Of a stretch of DNA of 64,000 nt, positions 1-22,129 are shown in pieces. The notes under the pieces are model-generated. The model was not told the DNA's origin. It ran no database searches and worked only from the letters and a program-made list of their open reading frames with translations. Where the stretch lies: positions 3,903,962 through 3,967,961 of the forward strand of contig CAVNZM010000007.1 of the NCBI GenBank assembly GCA_963693365.1. Reading direction: 5' to 3'. Both the position numbers and the translations under genes were made by a program. The first letter of the stretch is position 1, and the number at the start of each line of letters is the position of its first letter. The DNA comes from Amoebidium appalachense. Taxonomy: Eukaryota > Protista > Ichthyosporea.

Positions 1-358
1 ACACAGTACCACATGCACACTGTACCACCTGCACACAGTACCCTACGCACACAGTACCACATGCACACAGTACCCTATGCACACAATACCACATGCACAC
101 AGTACCACATGCACACAGTACCGTATGCACACAGTAACATCACATGCACACGGTACCACATCTACATAATGCCATATGCACCCAGTACCACATGCACACA
201 GTACCACATCCTCACGCTAACTTGCACATAGTACCACATGCACACAGCACCACCACATCCACTCAGTACCACATCCACTCAGTACCACATGCACACAGTA
301 CCACACATCCAGACAGTGCCACCACATGCACACAGTACCACATGCACCCAGTACCCAC
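1..358. repeat. Intronic minisatellite, about 16-17-bp unit CACAGTACCACATGCA
   Basis: Many degenerate copies of cacagtaccacatgca directly abut the donor site of F-box exon 3. Confidence 0.9.
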
Positions 359-3005
<2,647 letters not shown>

Positions 3006-4491
3006 GCTGGGTTGAAGGTGATAGATTGATTTATGGGCAGAAGACAGGGGAGAGGGAAAGGTAAAGGAAGGAGCTCATGCAAAAGTGGGGGGATGGGAAA
3101 ATCCTGGTCGGAATCCACAGAGAAACTCTTTCAGTAGGCTGTGTCAGTATCTTCCACCCTTTAACCTGTCGTGAGGCTATGAAGTGTTTGCAGTCATCGA
3201 CTGCTCCAGTTATTTCATATACAAATGTTCAGCATCTGATCCCTATTTGTCCAGCAGCATAGTAGCGCTGGCACCGGATTCTACTTTTTAACTTTCGATA
3301 CCATGACCTGCTTCATTGGAACTGTACGAAATTGAAGAAACAACCAGCTTGTACACTTGTACTTCAAAAAACAGCGTGCTCTGTGTCACATGCCTGCGTA
3401 GTGCACAAGACGTGCAAAAGAACGCGTTTTCACGCCGAACTAGCTGGCTAGCCTACAGACTGCGTCATCACTAGAACATTCGCTCTAGTGCGCAAGAGGG
3501 CTGATTGGATTAGCTTGCACCACAAAAATGCGAATGCGAATGCCACGAAGGCGACAACGGTGAACGGGAAGGACATGCGAAACACGTACCTATATTATCA
3601 AACATACAGTGCACAGCAACACCGCCTGGAACTCTGTACCCACAGCGTACACGTGCTATTGTCATAACCCGGGGATTCGGCCCACATTTGTGCACTGCCC
3701 CAATTCCGATGAATGTACGTGACCGTAAGTGCTCAGACCATGCACATGCAGCCAACCCGAGTTTATGTCCCGGGCCCTATAGCCTACGTACACACACATA
3801 CAAATGACACACAAAGGGGAACAAGAGCGCGGCAACGTGACAATGGGGAAGAAAGGTACGGGTTGGAAGCCAGGAAAATCCTACAAGCCTTCTTGAGGCG
3901 GCTATTAGTTTATTTGCATTTTGTCAAGTCATGGAAAAAGATCCCTATGTGTGCACGGTGTGATGGGCTTGGAAACGTCTCAAGCGGCAATCTAAACGTA
4001 TATTCTGCCGAGAAAACATCCTCGAATTGTGTTCTTGCCACATCTCCTCTTAAATATATTAACGCGTAAAAGTACACCAAGCCTCATCTTTTTTCTATTC
4101 TATGCCATATCAAAATCTTTAATTTTTACAATCGCGCGTAACATCATGCCACTGAACCGTAACCAATAGCCATGTGTCTATGTGCCCGACCCACATATCC
4201 CTTCTACACAGACACTGTCATTGTGACACCAAAACCTACCAGCCCTCTAAATAGCTTAAATTTCCTTCGGACTGCCCACTCGAAGGAGTCAAAGCAAGCC
4301 ATATAGCAAAGATACAACTCAAAAAAGCCAAATTGAATGAAGGAAGGACGCGCGCGACGGGGGATGTTGGGGAGGTTTCACATCGGGTTGCCTAAAAGCC
4401 ACGGACAATAAAAGGTAGTGCCAGGTGGTTGGAAAACCGTGTTGCTTCTCCTCCTCAAACAAGCAAGAAAGTTGTTGGGTTTTTTTTTTTT

Positions 4492-4541
<50 letters not shown>

Positions 4542-4638
4542 CGGGGGAGGCAGGGTGAAAAAACCTCAAGCCAATACGAACGAATTCCACTGATACAGAC
4601 TTCAGCCTATCAGACCCACACTAACCGGCGCACAATTA

Positions 4639-13422
<8,784 letters not shown>

Positions 13423-14247
13423 GGTTATTGTGGTATACAGAAAACGCGAATCTGTAGATCTTCGTTTAACGGGTTGGCTATTGTAACCGCTACGTCCTGA
13501 ATTAACGAATTGGCTATAGTAAACGCATAGACGCTGATATAAGATAAAGGGTGATTATTTTAGTAAGAACTGTGACAAAAACTTATTCTTCCTCGTCCGG
13601 ATCTCAGGGCGTCTGCCTGTCCCCCTTTGTCTATTGATTGAACCGGAGGTTATTGGCGGTTTTATTCTCTTTTCTTCCTCTCTTCCTCAATATATCCGTT
13701 TTAAGATGACTATCCTAGATCACCTTATTAATGCTGCACAGTATGATATTGTGATCCGGTGCCTTAACTTTCTTTCGGAGCTACCGATGCTAGCGTCTGC
13801 TTACCCATAATATGTAATAGGGGTGTCAGATACTACGATGGCGCTCATTGTTGCCTAGCATGTACATATGTCACTGGCTGCATTTGATTGGCTGTGCTGG
13901 AAAACGCAGTAGGCCGTACACATATATGACCCCCGGATTTTGGCGTTTTTTTGTAGCTTGCGAGATAACCATCTTGCATCTGGCTGTGATGGACCCAAGC
14001 GAGATACACCACAATTCGGCTGGGCTCACGAAAGAAACGGAGGCAGTGCAAGTGCTTTTCGGGGCTAGGGTAGCCAGCGGGTACTACTAGTAGACTGCGT
14101 AGGGTTTCCTAGAACTTCAAAGCCAGGTCCGTTGAACAGTATTTCAACCTAGTCATACCTGGCCAACGGGTCATCAGAGATAAGCGCACACCAGTCTGGA
14201 TTCATTGCAATACCGCCGCCGTGAGCACGCAGAGAGAGAGAGAGCCT

Positions 14248-14291
<44 letters not shown>

Positions 14292-15293
14292 GAGAGAGAG
14301 ACTCGGAGAGTAACTCGGAAGGCGGAAGGTGCAACTGCATATGATTTGGGTACGCACACACCGGCGCACATGCATAGCACCAACAACAGACATCATGGCC
14401 ACACCAGCAAACAAAGCTCGGGTGAGCATTCACTAACCCACATGTCGCGCAAGTACAGATCTGCATTGCACACAGTTGGCCGCATGTGTATGTGCGTAGG
14501 AGGTAGTTAGCTCGGGTTAGGGTTTGCAAACAGCTCAGCTCCGCTAGCGTCAACCCTAAAGGGGCCGATGCGTATTGTGTATTGCGCACTTTCGGAAGTT
14601 CTGTGACCCTAGTCTGTGTTCCCAGACGTTGCTCTTGCGCAAGTAAACTGCTCCAGAATGTAGGATGGCGGTGCGAGCTACAAATTTAGCGGGCATGTGA
14701 GCCGCCTGTGATTGGATGAGGGGGCATCCATGCCACCTGATGATTGGATGATAGTGCATCACTAGCTAGGTAGGTCAAAGAGTTGACTTCGGAAGTTGGA
14801 ACAGCCCACACTTATAACCAACCCCAAACATTTCTTCCTCCTTGGCATTTGCTCTATTCATTCGAATTCTGCACGTATGCCAGTTCCTTGACTCTAGGCT
14901 CGGCAGTCAAATAGGTGGGCCGGCCCCCTTGTGTATGTTGCCACAGACTGTATTATATTTTCGGCCAAGGTTAACATGTCGATCGATGAGCACTTCAATG
15001 CCCTCGTTGCTCTTCTCAAAGCCGAAAAGGCTGCACTGGAAGATGAGAAGGCGGCATGGAAGGGTTTAGAACCAAAACTCAAGATTAGCAACCTTTCCGA
15101 TCCCATCATCCTAAACGTAGGTGGCATACACTTTGCCCTCACCCTAAAGGCACTTACAAGCAAGCCAGGCTCTTTCTTTTCCGCCATGTTCTCGGGACGG
15201 TGGGAGGCAAAAACGGACAAGAACGGTGTGTTTTTCATTGACAGAAACCCTTCTGTGTTTAACTATGTTGCGGACCATCTGAGGGGAAGGAAG

Positions 15294-16058
15294 TGTTGGA
15301 GTACACTGGTACTCCCGGCTAGCAATGTCTGTTAGAGAAAGTTTCTGAGCAATTGAATAACTGTTTCAACACTCACTCGAGTGCATAGAGCTTTTGTTTA
15401 CGGTCATATTCATATATGGTAGTTATATGTTTGAGCCAAAACTGTACCAATGACGAGCTTCACTAGCAACGTGCTAATTGTGCTCATTAATTAATATTCC
15501 CGGTTCAGATGATGTCATGTCTATATTTGCCACAGGATTCTATTCTTAGAGTGGTAGTGTGCTTTATTCCCGGATATTCTCAGAATATTTTTAGTTGTGT
15601 GAAGCAAGATTTACGTTTAACTGCAATTGGTGTGTTAAACACGTTTATTTGTGTGCTTTAGTGCAAGTTAACTAGCCACTCAACGTGCACAGTTAACTTT
15701 TATATCTTTAACGACTTGTTTTCATTGTGCTCTCTTTTCGGCCATGCTGTACATGGCCCACCACCAGGGTGCACACGAGGCCACCATGAGGTGGCCAACG
15801 ACTATATAAAGCAGTGCCTCCCATGTCACAAACATGGGAAGCAGAACGTTTGATTTACACTTTTCTACTGTCGTTTCCAGTGCACAAAACACATAGACTA
15901 GTTACCCATCATACACGACACTATGTCTGACAACTTACAGTTGCAGCAACTAGTCCAACTACTGGAGCAGAGGTTGGCCTCACAAGATGCAATCATTTCT
16001 GACTTACAGAAGGAACAACGTGCACTAGAACTAGCTTCTATGAACACAATGTCCAACA
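15294..16058 (+). repeat. 5' LTR of copia element (765 bp)
   Basis: TG...CA ends with terminal inverted repeat TGTTGGA/TCCAACA. TATATAAA at 15803-15810. Contains the gag ATG at 15923. Confidence 0.97.
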
Positions 16059-17131
16059 GGGTTATGGGCCCCTCACGTAATGATTCCATCAAGTTCAAGG
16101 TCGACATCCCTCTCTTCACTGGCATTGATAATGATTCAGGCACGGACTACCACACATGGGCCGAAACCATGTATGTCCAGCTTTCTGGTGCTGGTCTTCT
16201 CCACACCATCGCGCCCAGTACGGAGCACCCGGCTACCCGTGAACAGGTCGACACTGCCCGTTCCTACCTGTGGCAAGCACTCTCGGTTGACGTGCGTTGT
16301 ATCCTAGGGTTAACACGCACCACCACACCTGCGGAGATATGGTCGGCCCTATCTGCCCACTACCTGGAGCAATCTGAGGCCAATCAGTACGACCTTATCG
16401 GGCTGTACATGAATTCTACGCCTGAACCTACGGACACCGCGACGAAATACGCCATGAAACTCCGCGGCTACGTGCGGCGCCTGGCCGATTACGGCACACA
16501 AATTGGTGATGCTCAAGTGCTGACCAAGCTCACCAACGACCTCGGCAAGGTGCCTTACTACGAAATGCCTGTAATTGCCTACAAGATGACACCCAAGCCT
16601 ACCGTGATGGGCCTCCTCCAACAGCTACGGGCATATGAGACCAGCCACCCACGTGCACGTGTGACTACCAGCTCCGGGCCGGCCGCCTTCACCACACGGG
16701 CTCCTCAACCTGTCATCTGCCACGGCTGCGGCAAACCAGGCCACATCAAGTCTCAGTGCCCCAACGGCAACGGCCAACACAGCAACTCTGGCAACAACCG
16801 TGCCAGCACCTACCCCAAGGGTTCCTGCGTCAACCACCCACTGTCTACCAGTCACACTACCGCCATGTGCAAGGGGGGCAACCGTGCCAACGGCCGCAAA
16901 CCTAAGGGTGGTCCCCTCCCGCCTGGGTCCTGCATCAACCACCCTGCCTCTACTACCCACACTACGGCACAGTGCAAGGGGGGGCTGCCGCTCCCCGGGC
17001 TTTCCTCATGTCTAGCAACGACTGTGGCACCAACAAGGTGCTCCTCGACTCTGGAGCCACTGACCATGTGTGCCCCCGGCCCGATGTGTTCATCAACATG
17101 CGTGCGGCGCCTTACTCCACGGTCCAAGTAG
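15923..17131 (+). CDS. gag: Copia Gag protein
   Basis: 402-aa ORF with an N-terminal coiled coil, a copia-type gag core (YHTWAETM...AEIWSALSAHY), a CCHC knuckle CHGCGKPGHIKSQC and two C-x2-H-x5-H-x4-C repeats. Confidence 0.9.
   Translation: MSDNLQLQQLVQLLEQRLASQDAIISDLQKEQRALELASMNTMSNRVMGPSRNDSIKFKVDIPLFTGIDNDSGTDYHTWAETMYVQLSGAGLLHTIAPSTEHPATREQVDTARSYLWQALSVDVRCILGLTRTTTPAEIWSALSAHYLEQSEANQYDLIGLYMNSTPEPTDTATKYAMKLRGYVRRLADYGTQIGDAQVLTKLTNDLGKVPYYEMPVIAYKMTPKPTVMGLLQQLRAYETSHPRARVTTSSGPAAFTTRAPQPVICHGCGKPGHIKSQCPNGNGQHSNSGNNRASTYPKGSCVNHPLSTSHTTAMCKGGNRANGRKPKGGPLPPGSCINHPASTTHTTAQCKGGLPLPGLSSCLATTVAPTRCSSTLEPLTMCAPGPMCSSTCVRRLTPRSK
16060..16071 (+). promoter_or_regulatory. Primer-binding site, half-tRNAiMet type (GGTTATGGGCCC)
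   Basis: GGTTATGGGCCC starts 1 nt after the 5' LTR. This is the internal tRNAiMet-fragment PBS type known from Drosophila copia and yeast Ty5. Confidence 0.85.
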
Positions 17132-20100
17132 CCGACAAGGGTGCATGTGCAGTGCTTGGGGTGGGCGACGTGTTCTTTTCCAGCACCATCGACGGCGTTA
17201 CTGCGGTGCATCAGCTGACGGATGTACTCTACGTGCCCTCCATCCCCGACACTCTCATCAGTGTGTTCACGGCAACTACCAACGGTGTTTTACCCCGCTT
17301 TGACACCCGCGGCGGCGTTAAGTTGTGCTACGGCGATCAAATTCTGGCCACCGGCTCGGCTGTCGGCACCAAGCTGTACCACATGGCGGTGTCTCTTCTG
17401 CGCGCGGACACAACCCCGGACGCCCAAACCACCACTGCTCCGCGTATCCTCAAGGTTACTGCCGACCTCAACACGTGGCACTACCGTCTGGGCCATGCTG
17501 GCATTGACGCTGTACGCTCGGTCATCAAGTCTGCAGGCCTGTTGGTGGGTGGCGGTGCCAAGTCTCCGGGTGTGTGTGAGCCCTGTGCCCTCGGCAAAGC
17601 CCACCGTGTTGCCTTCTCCGAATCAACTAGCCAAGCTCCCCGGGTCCTAGCCAAGGTTCACAGCGACATCAGCGGCCCCTTCCCTCCCGCGATCGGTGGT
17701 GCTCAGTACTTGGCGACGTTCCACGACGAATTCACCGGCCACACCACGGCCGTGCCCCTCGTCAAGAAGTCGGACACACTGGCTGCATATGTGACGTACC
17801 ACAAGGCGGCGGTTACCCAACACGGTGTTCCCATGCAGGTGTTTCAGTCCGACGGGGGGGGCGAGTACATGGGCACGGCCTTCGGGGACTACAACCGTGA
17901 GCATGGCATTCGCCATCAGATCACTACCACCGGCTCTCCTCAACAGAATGGGACTGCCGAACGACTGAACCGGACCCTCCTCGACATGGTTCGGGCACTC
18001 CTGCAGCAGTCCGGCCTTCCGGTGGGATTCTGGGCCGAGGCAGCTGTGACCGCGGCTTTTATACGCAACATGCTCCCGTCGCGAGCCACCGGCAGCCAAT
18101 CGTCTCCCGCCCTGCTGTGGACCGGCATTCCTCCCGACTACAGCCGGCTCCGTGTCTGGGGCTCTCCCTGCTACGTCCATCAACAGGATACACCGAAACT
18201 GGCGCCTCGTGCCGTCAAGGGCATCTTCGTGGGCTACCCTCCTAACATCAAGGGCTACAAGGTCTGGATTCCAGCAGCACACAAGATGACCGTCAGCCGT
18301 GACGTGCAGTTCGACGAGGCTGCTATTCTGCACCCCCTCCGTGATGTCCCATCTGATTGGTCGACCGCACCGGCAATTCATCATTTTTTGGAGTCATCTG
18401 ATTCGTCAAATCAGCCAGCCAATCACATCGTCCGGAATGATCAGCAATCTGATTCGTCTCGTCTGTCAGCCAATGGGACAGCGCCGAGTGATCAATTGGA
18501 CATTCCGATCCTGCCCGAGCCTGCACATCGGCTCCCCCGGACGACCCGTAGTGGCGCTGTGTACAACGACCAACGTCGAGGCCCGACTGCCAACGTGGCT
18601 GCTGCTACGGCCCCCCTTGCCCCCCAGGCTACGGCTCCTGCATCAACACCCATCAAGGCTTCCACCATTGTTGTCCCCAAGACTGTCCGGGCTGCACTCA
18701 AGAGTCCCCAGCGTCTGAAATGGGAGGAGGCTGCACACCGTGAGCTCAAGGCCCTGGAAGACAACGGCACCTTCACCCTTGTGCCCCGTCCAGAGGATGG
18801 CTCCACTGTCATTCCGGTCGGCTGGGTCTTTACGGTCAAGCAGGACAACGTCGGCAACGTCACTGCTTTCAAGGCCCGGCTTGTGGCCCGGGGCAACTAC
18901 CAGCAGCCTGGCCAGGACTATTTCGTCACCGAGTCACCTGTGGCTGCGCTGGCTACCATCCGGCTGGTTTTGGCTACCTCCGTGGCCCAAGGTCTGCCTC
19001 TGCGCCACATCGACGTCAACACAGCATTCCTCAACGGCACCGTCAACGAGACCATCTACATTGAGCAGCCCCCTGGCTTCGTCAACCCCTCGGCCCCCCA
19101 TGCTGTCGGCTTGCTCCACAAGGCGCTCTACGGCCTAAAACAGGCACCGCGCCAGTGGTATGAGGCCCTCCGTGACCATCTCCTCGACCAAGGCTTCATT
19201 GTGAGTGCTGCTGACCCGTGCCTGTTCATCAAGAATGCCGGGACCCCAACATTTATTGCCCTTGCTGCCTACGTGGATGACTTCACCGTGACGGCCGCCA
19301 CTGATGCGCTCATCGACGATTTTTTCACCAAGCTGGATGCTCGTTTCTCTGCCAAGGACCTGGGTCGTCCTACCCTGCTCATCGGGCACACTCTTACCTG
19401 GCTGGAGGACGGGTCTCTGCGTCTGGGCCATCGTCAACACATCATCGACTTGGCTGCCCGTTTTCGTCTCACCCACATGTCCGGCACCAAGACCCCCATC
19501 GTCCCGGGCCAGGCCAGTGAAAGCAACAAGACCCCAGCCTACAGCAAGAAGGAGGACTATGCCAGCCTGGTCGGTGCCCTGCTGTGGATTGCGCGTACCA
19601 CCCGCCCCGACATTTCCCAGGCTCTGGGAGTCCTTACTCGACACATTCATGCGCCCACCGTCACCCACTGGACTATGGCTACCAGAGTTGTAAGCTACCT
19701 GCTGGCCACCATCGACCTGGGTATTGTCTACCGTCCCGGCCCCCCCAACCTTGTTGGCTACTCCGACTCCGACTACGCCGAGGACCGCGACACCCGGCGC
19801 TCCACCACGGGCTATGTCTTCTTCATAAACTCCTCCCCTGTGTCCTGGGTGTCTCGGCTCCAGTCCATCACCACCCACAGCTCCACTGAGGCTGAATTTG
19901 TGGCCATGTCTGCTGCTACGAACGAGGCCCTATGGCTCAACTATGTGATGGACGACCTGGGCCTTAATCCTATCAATGAGCCCACCCCGGTGCCCATCCA
20001 TGGGGACAATGAGTCTGCCCGGGCCCTGCTGGACACCCTGGGGGTTAAGCCCAAGACCAAGCACATCGACGTCCGCTACTGCTCCGTCAAGGAACATCAC

Positions 20101-20220
20101 CTGCTGGGCAACATCACTGTGGTCCCGGTGGCTTCTGCTGACAACAAGGCCGACATGTTCACCAAGGCCCTGTCTGCCTCTTTCTTCACCAAGGCCGTGG
20201 GGATGCTCAACATGTGCTGA
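16972..20220 (+). CDS. pol: Copia Pol (protease, integrase, reverse transcriptase, RNase H), in the -1 frame relative to gag
   Basis: Protease LLDSGATDH. Integrase zinc finger WHYRLGH...CEPC, catalytic D-D-E in HSD, QSDGGGEY and NGTAER, and the NIKGY (GKGY) motif. RT KARLVARG, LYGLKQAPRQW and YVDD. RNase H YSDSDYA...TKHIDVRY. Confidence 0.97.
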   Translation: MQGGAAAPRAFLMSSNDCGTNKVLLDSGATDHVCPRPDVFINMRAAPYSTVQVADKGACAVLGVGDVFFSSTIDGVTAVHQLTDVLYVPSIPDTLISVFTATTNGVLPRFDTRGGVKLCYGDQILATGSAVGTKLYHMAVSLLRADTTPDAQTTTAPRILKVTADLNTWHYRLGHAGIDAVRSVIKSAGLLVGGGAKSPGVCEPCALGKAHRVAFSESTSQAPRVLAKVHSDISGPFPPAIGGAQYLATFHDEFTGHTTAVPLVKKSDTLAAYVTYHKAAVTQHGVPMQVFQSDGGGEYMGTAFGDYNREHGIRHQITTTGSPQQNGTAERLNRTLLDMVRALLQQSGLPVGFWAEAAVTAAFIRNMLPSRATGSQSSPALLWTGIPPDYSRLRVWGSPCYVHQQDTPKLAPRAVKGIFVGYPPNIKGYKVWIPAAHKMTVSRDVQFDEAAILHPLRDVPSDWSTAPAIHHFLESSDSSNQPANHIVRNDQQSDSSRLSANGTAPSDQLDIPILPEPAHRLPRTTRSGAVYNDQRRGPTANVAAATAPLAPQATAPASTPIKASTIVVPKTVRAALKSPQRLKWEEAAHRELKALEDNGTFTLVPRPEDGSTVIPVGWVFTVKQDNVGNVTAFKARLVARGNYQQPGQDYFVTESPVAALATIRLVLATSVAQGLPLRHIDVNTAFLNGTVNETIYIEQPPGFVNPSAPHAVGLLHKALYGLKQAPRQWYEALRDHLLDQGFIVSAADPCLFIKNAGTPTFIALAAYVDDFTVTAATDALIDDFFTKLDARFSAKDLGRPTLLIGHTLTWLEDGSLRLGHRQHIIDLAARFRLTHMSGTKTPIVPGQASESNKTPAYSKKEDYASLVGALLWIARTTRPDISQALGVLTRHIHAPTVTHWTMATRVVSYLLATIDLGIVYRPGPPNLVGYSDSDYAEDRDTRRSTTGYVFFINSSPVSWVSRLQSITTHSSTEAEFVAMSAATNEALWLNYVMDDLGLNPINEPTPVPIHGDNESARALLDTLGVKPKTKHIDVRYCSVKEHHLLGNITVVPVASADNKADMFTKALSASFFTKAVGMLNMC

Positions 20221-20397
20221 GCACCCGTCATCAACCAACTGCGCCCTCATACTTCAGGGGGGGGGAGAGAGTTGCATCCGACTGTGCAACTACGTGTACC
20301 ATACTAAAATTGAGTAGGGGAATCTTTATTGTCTGTATTTTGTGCACCTGAAGCACTCGAGCTCAGTTGCATTAATTCATACCACAATTATCCAATT

Positions 20398-20406
20398 GAG
20401 TAGGGG
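20398..20406 (+). promoter_or_regulatory. Polypurine tract of copia element
   Basis: GAGTAGGGG lies immediately before the 3' LTR. Confidence 0.75.
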
Positions 20407-21171
20407 TGTTGGAGTACACTGGTACTCCCGGCTAGCAATGTCTGTTAGAGAAAGTTTCTGAGCAATTGAATAACTGTTTCAACACTCACTCGAGTGCATA
20501 GAGCTTTTGTTTACGGTCATATTCATATATGGTAGTTATATGTTTGAGCCAAAACTGTACCAATGACGAGCTTCACTAGCAACGTGCTAATTGTGCTCAT
20601 TAATTAATATTCCCGGTTCAGATGATGTCATGTCTATATTTGCCACAGGATTCTATTCTTAGAGTGGTAGTGTGCTTTATTCCCGGATATTCTCAGAATA
20701 TTTTTAGTTGTGTGAAGCAAGATTTACGTTTAACTGCAATTGGTGTGTTAAACACGTTTATTTGTGTGCTTTAGTGCAAGTTAACTAGCCACTCAACGTG
20801 CACAGTTAACTTTTATATCTTTAACGACTTGTTTTCATTGTGCTCTCTTTTCGGCCATGCTGTACATGGCCCACCACCAGGGTGCACACGAGGCCACCAT
20901 GAGGTGGCCAACGACTATATAAAGCAGTGCCTCCCATGTCACAAACATGGGAAGCAGAACGTTTGATTTACACTTTTCTACTGTCGTTTCCAGTGCACAA
21001 AACACATAGACTAGTTACCCATCATACACGACACTATGTCTGACAACTTACAGTTGCAGCAACTAGTCCAACTACTGGAGCAGAGGTTGGCCTCACAAGA
21101 TGCAATCATTTCTGACTTACAGAAGGAACAACGTGCACTAGAACTAGCTTCTATGAACACAATGTCCAACA
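20407..21171 (+). repeat. 3' LTR of copia element (765 bp)
   Basis: Copy of 15294-16058, followed by TSD GGAAG. Confidence 0.97.
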
Positions 21172-21812
21172 GGAAGGTGAACGTAACACTACTCACACCA
21201 ATGGAAAAGGAGCTTCTAAAGGATGACGCAGACTATTATCAGCTGGGGGAACTGGCAGAGCTCCTAAAGCCAAAGCACATCAAGGGAGACCTCGCCTTCG
21301 TGGCGTCAACCGACATCAACCCTAACAACTACATAACGTTTTCCGAGAATAGGCGCAAAGCAACAAAATCAAGCGGACGTGATAGTTGGAATTCTACTGT
21401 TGTGGGCCCGGAGTTTGTGTGGCCTGAAACCGATTTTGCCGAGGTTCGTGCCAGGCACACGTTTCGAAGTTCATCAGGTTCATGTACGGATGCCATGGTA
21501 GGTCTTGCACCGTCCCAGGCCATTATCGCTGCAGCAAGGGCAGGATCAGCCCCGTATGGCATCACCGGGTGGTATCTGTATACAAATAATGGTGCTTTGT
21601 TCAGTCAGAGTGGAGAAAACAGCAAGGCATACGCAAACAAGCCTGTGGCTAACGAGGCTGTAGTTGGTGTCCGTCTGCACAGTGATGGGCGGGTTTCGTT
21701 TGCTGTGGACGGTACGGACTATGGCACAGCGTTCACTGTGCCTACTAACCAGAAGTATAGGTTTGCTATCATGACATACAGAGAGAATACTTGCTTTGAG
21801 CTTCTAGAGTGA
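21036..21812 (+). CDS. Chimeric ORF: Gag N-terminal 45 aa from the 3' LTR fused in frame to the host BTB C-terminus and SPRY domain (258 aa, expression unknown)
   Basis: The ORF begins at the LTR-internal gag ATG, about 110 bp downstream of the LTR TATA box (20916-20923). It reads through ...MSNR|KVNVTLL with no stop. Confidence 0.5.
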   Translation: MSDNLQLQQLVQLLEQRLASQDAIISDLQKEQRALELASMNTMSNRKVNVTLLTPMEKELLKDDADYYQLGELAELLKPKHIKGDLAFVASTDINPNNYITFSENRRKATKSSGRDSWNSTVVGPEFVWPETDFAEVRARHTFRSSSGSCTDAMVGLAPSQAIIAAARAGSAPYGITGWYLYTNNGALFSQSGENSKAYANKPVANEAVVGVRLHSDGRVSFAVDGTDYGTAFTVPTNQKYRFAIMTYRENTCFELLE

Positions 21813-22129
21813 AATTGTTGTTAAACAACTACTATTGACAGAGCATCATCGCCCCCCCCCCCCCCCCCCCCCTTCCCCCCTATATCTTCTATGTTGTGTG
21901 TGTTCCATAATTTTCGTGCCATCACTTTGTTCTGTATTGCATCATAAATCCCCTCCCCCCTCCTTCTTCCTGTTTTGGTTTGTGTATATATATATGAATA
22001 CTGCCTCAGCTACGTTATGTATGTTATGATAGTTCTATGTAATCAGGTTCATTTCATGATCATTCAAATTCAGTGTTTCTTGGGGGGAAAGGGGTATGGG
22101 GAGGGGGTGGTTGTGGGGGGAGAGAGGCA

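Larger units (their letters stand above)
15294..21171 (+). mobile_element. Full-length Ty1/copia LTR retrotransposon, recent insertion
   Basis: Two 765-bp TGTTGGA...TCCAACA LTRs, identical where compared by eye. 5-bp TSD GGAAG at 15289-15293 and 21172-21176. PBS and PPT present. Gag is followed by PR-IN-RT-RH, the copia domain order. Confidence 0.98.
14976..21812 (+). pseudogene. Intronless BTB/POZ (KCTD T1-type) plus SPRY/B30.2-like gene interrupted by a copia insertion
   Basis: 14976-15293 encodes MSIDEHF...IILNVGGIHF...TSKPGSFFSAMFSGRW...GVFFIDRNPSVFNYVADHLRGRK (KCTD BTB). After removing the element and one TSD copy it continues in frame at 21177: VNVTLL...KDDADYYQLGEL (end of BTB), then a SPRY-like domain (AMVGLA, GWYLYTNNG, VVGVRL, VSFAVDGTDYGTAF), ending at the stop at 21812. 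Reconstructed length is 317 aa. Confidence 0.9.

Noticed and set aside
14514-14560. Telomere-like GGGTTAGGGTTT / AACCCTAAA
   Set aside because: Only one or two units are present, which is compatible with chance.
17647-20250. Long antisense and alternative-frame ORFs within pol
   Set aside because: These are expected shadows of a GC3-rich coding sequence, with no recognisable domains.
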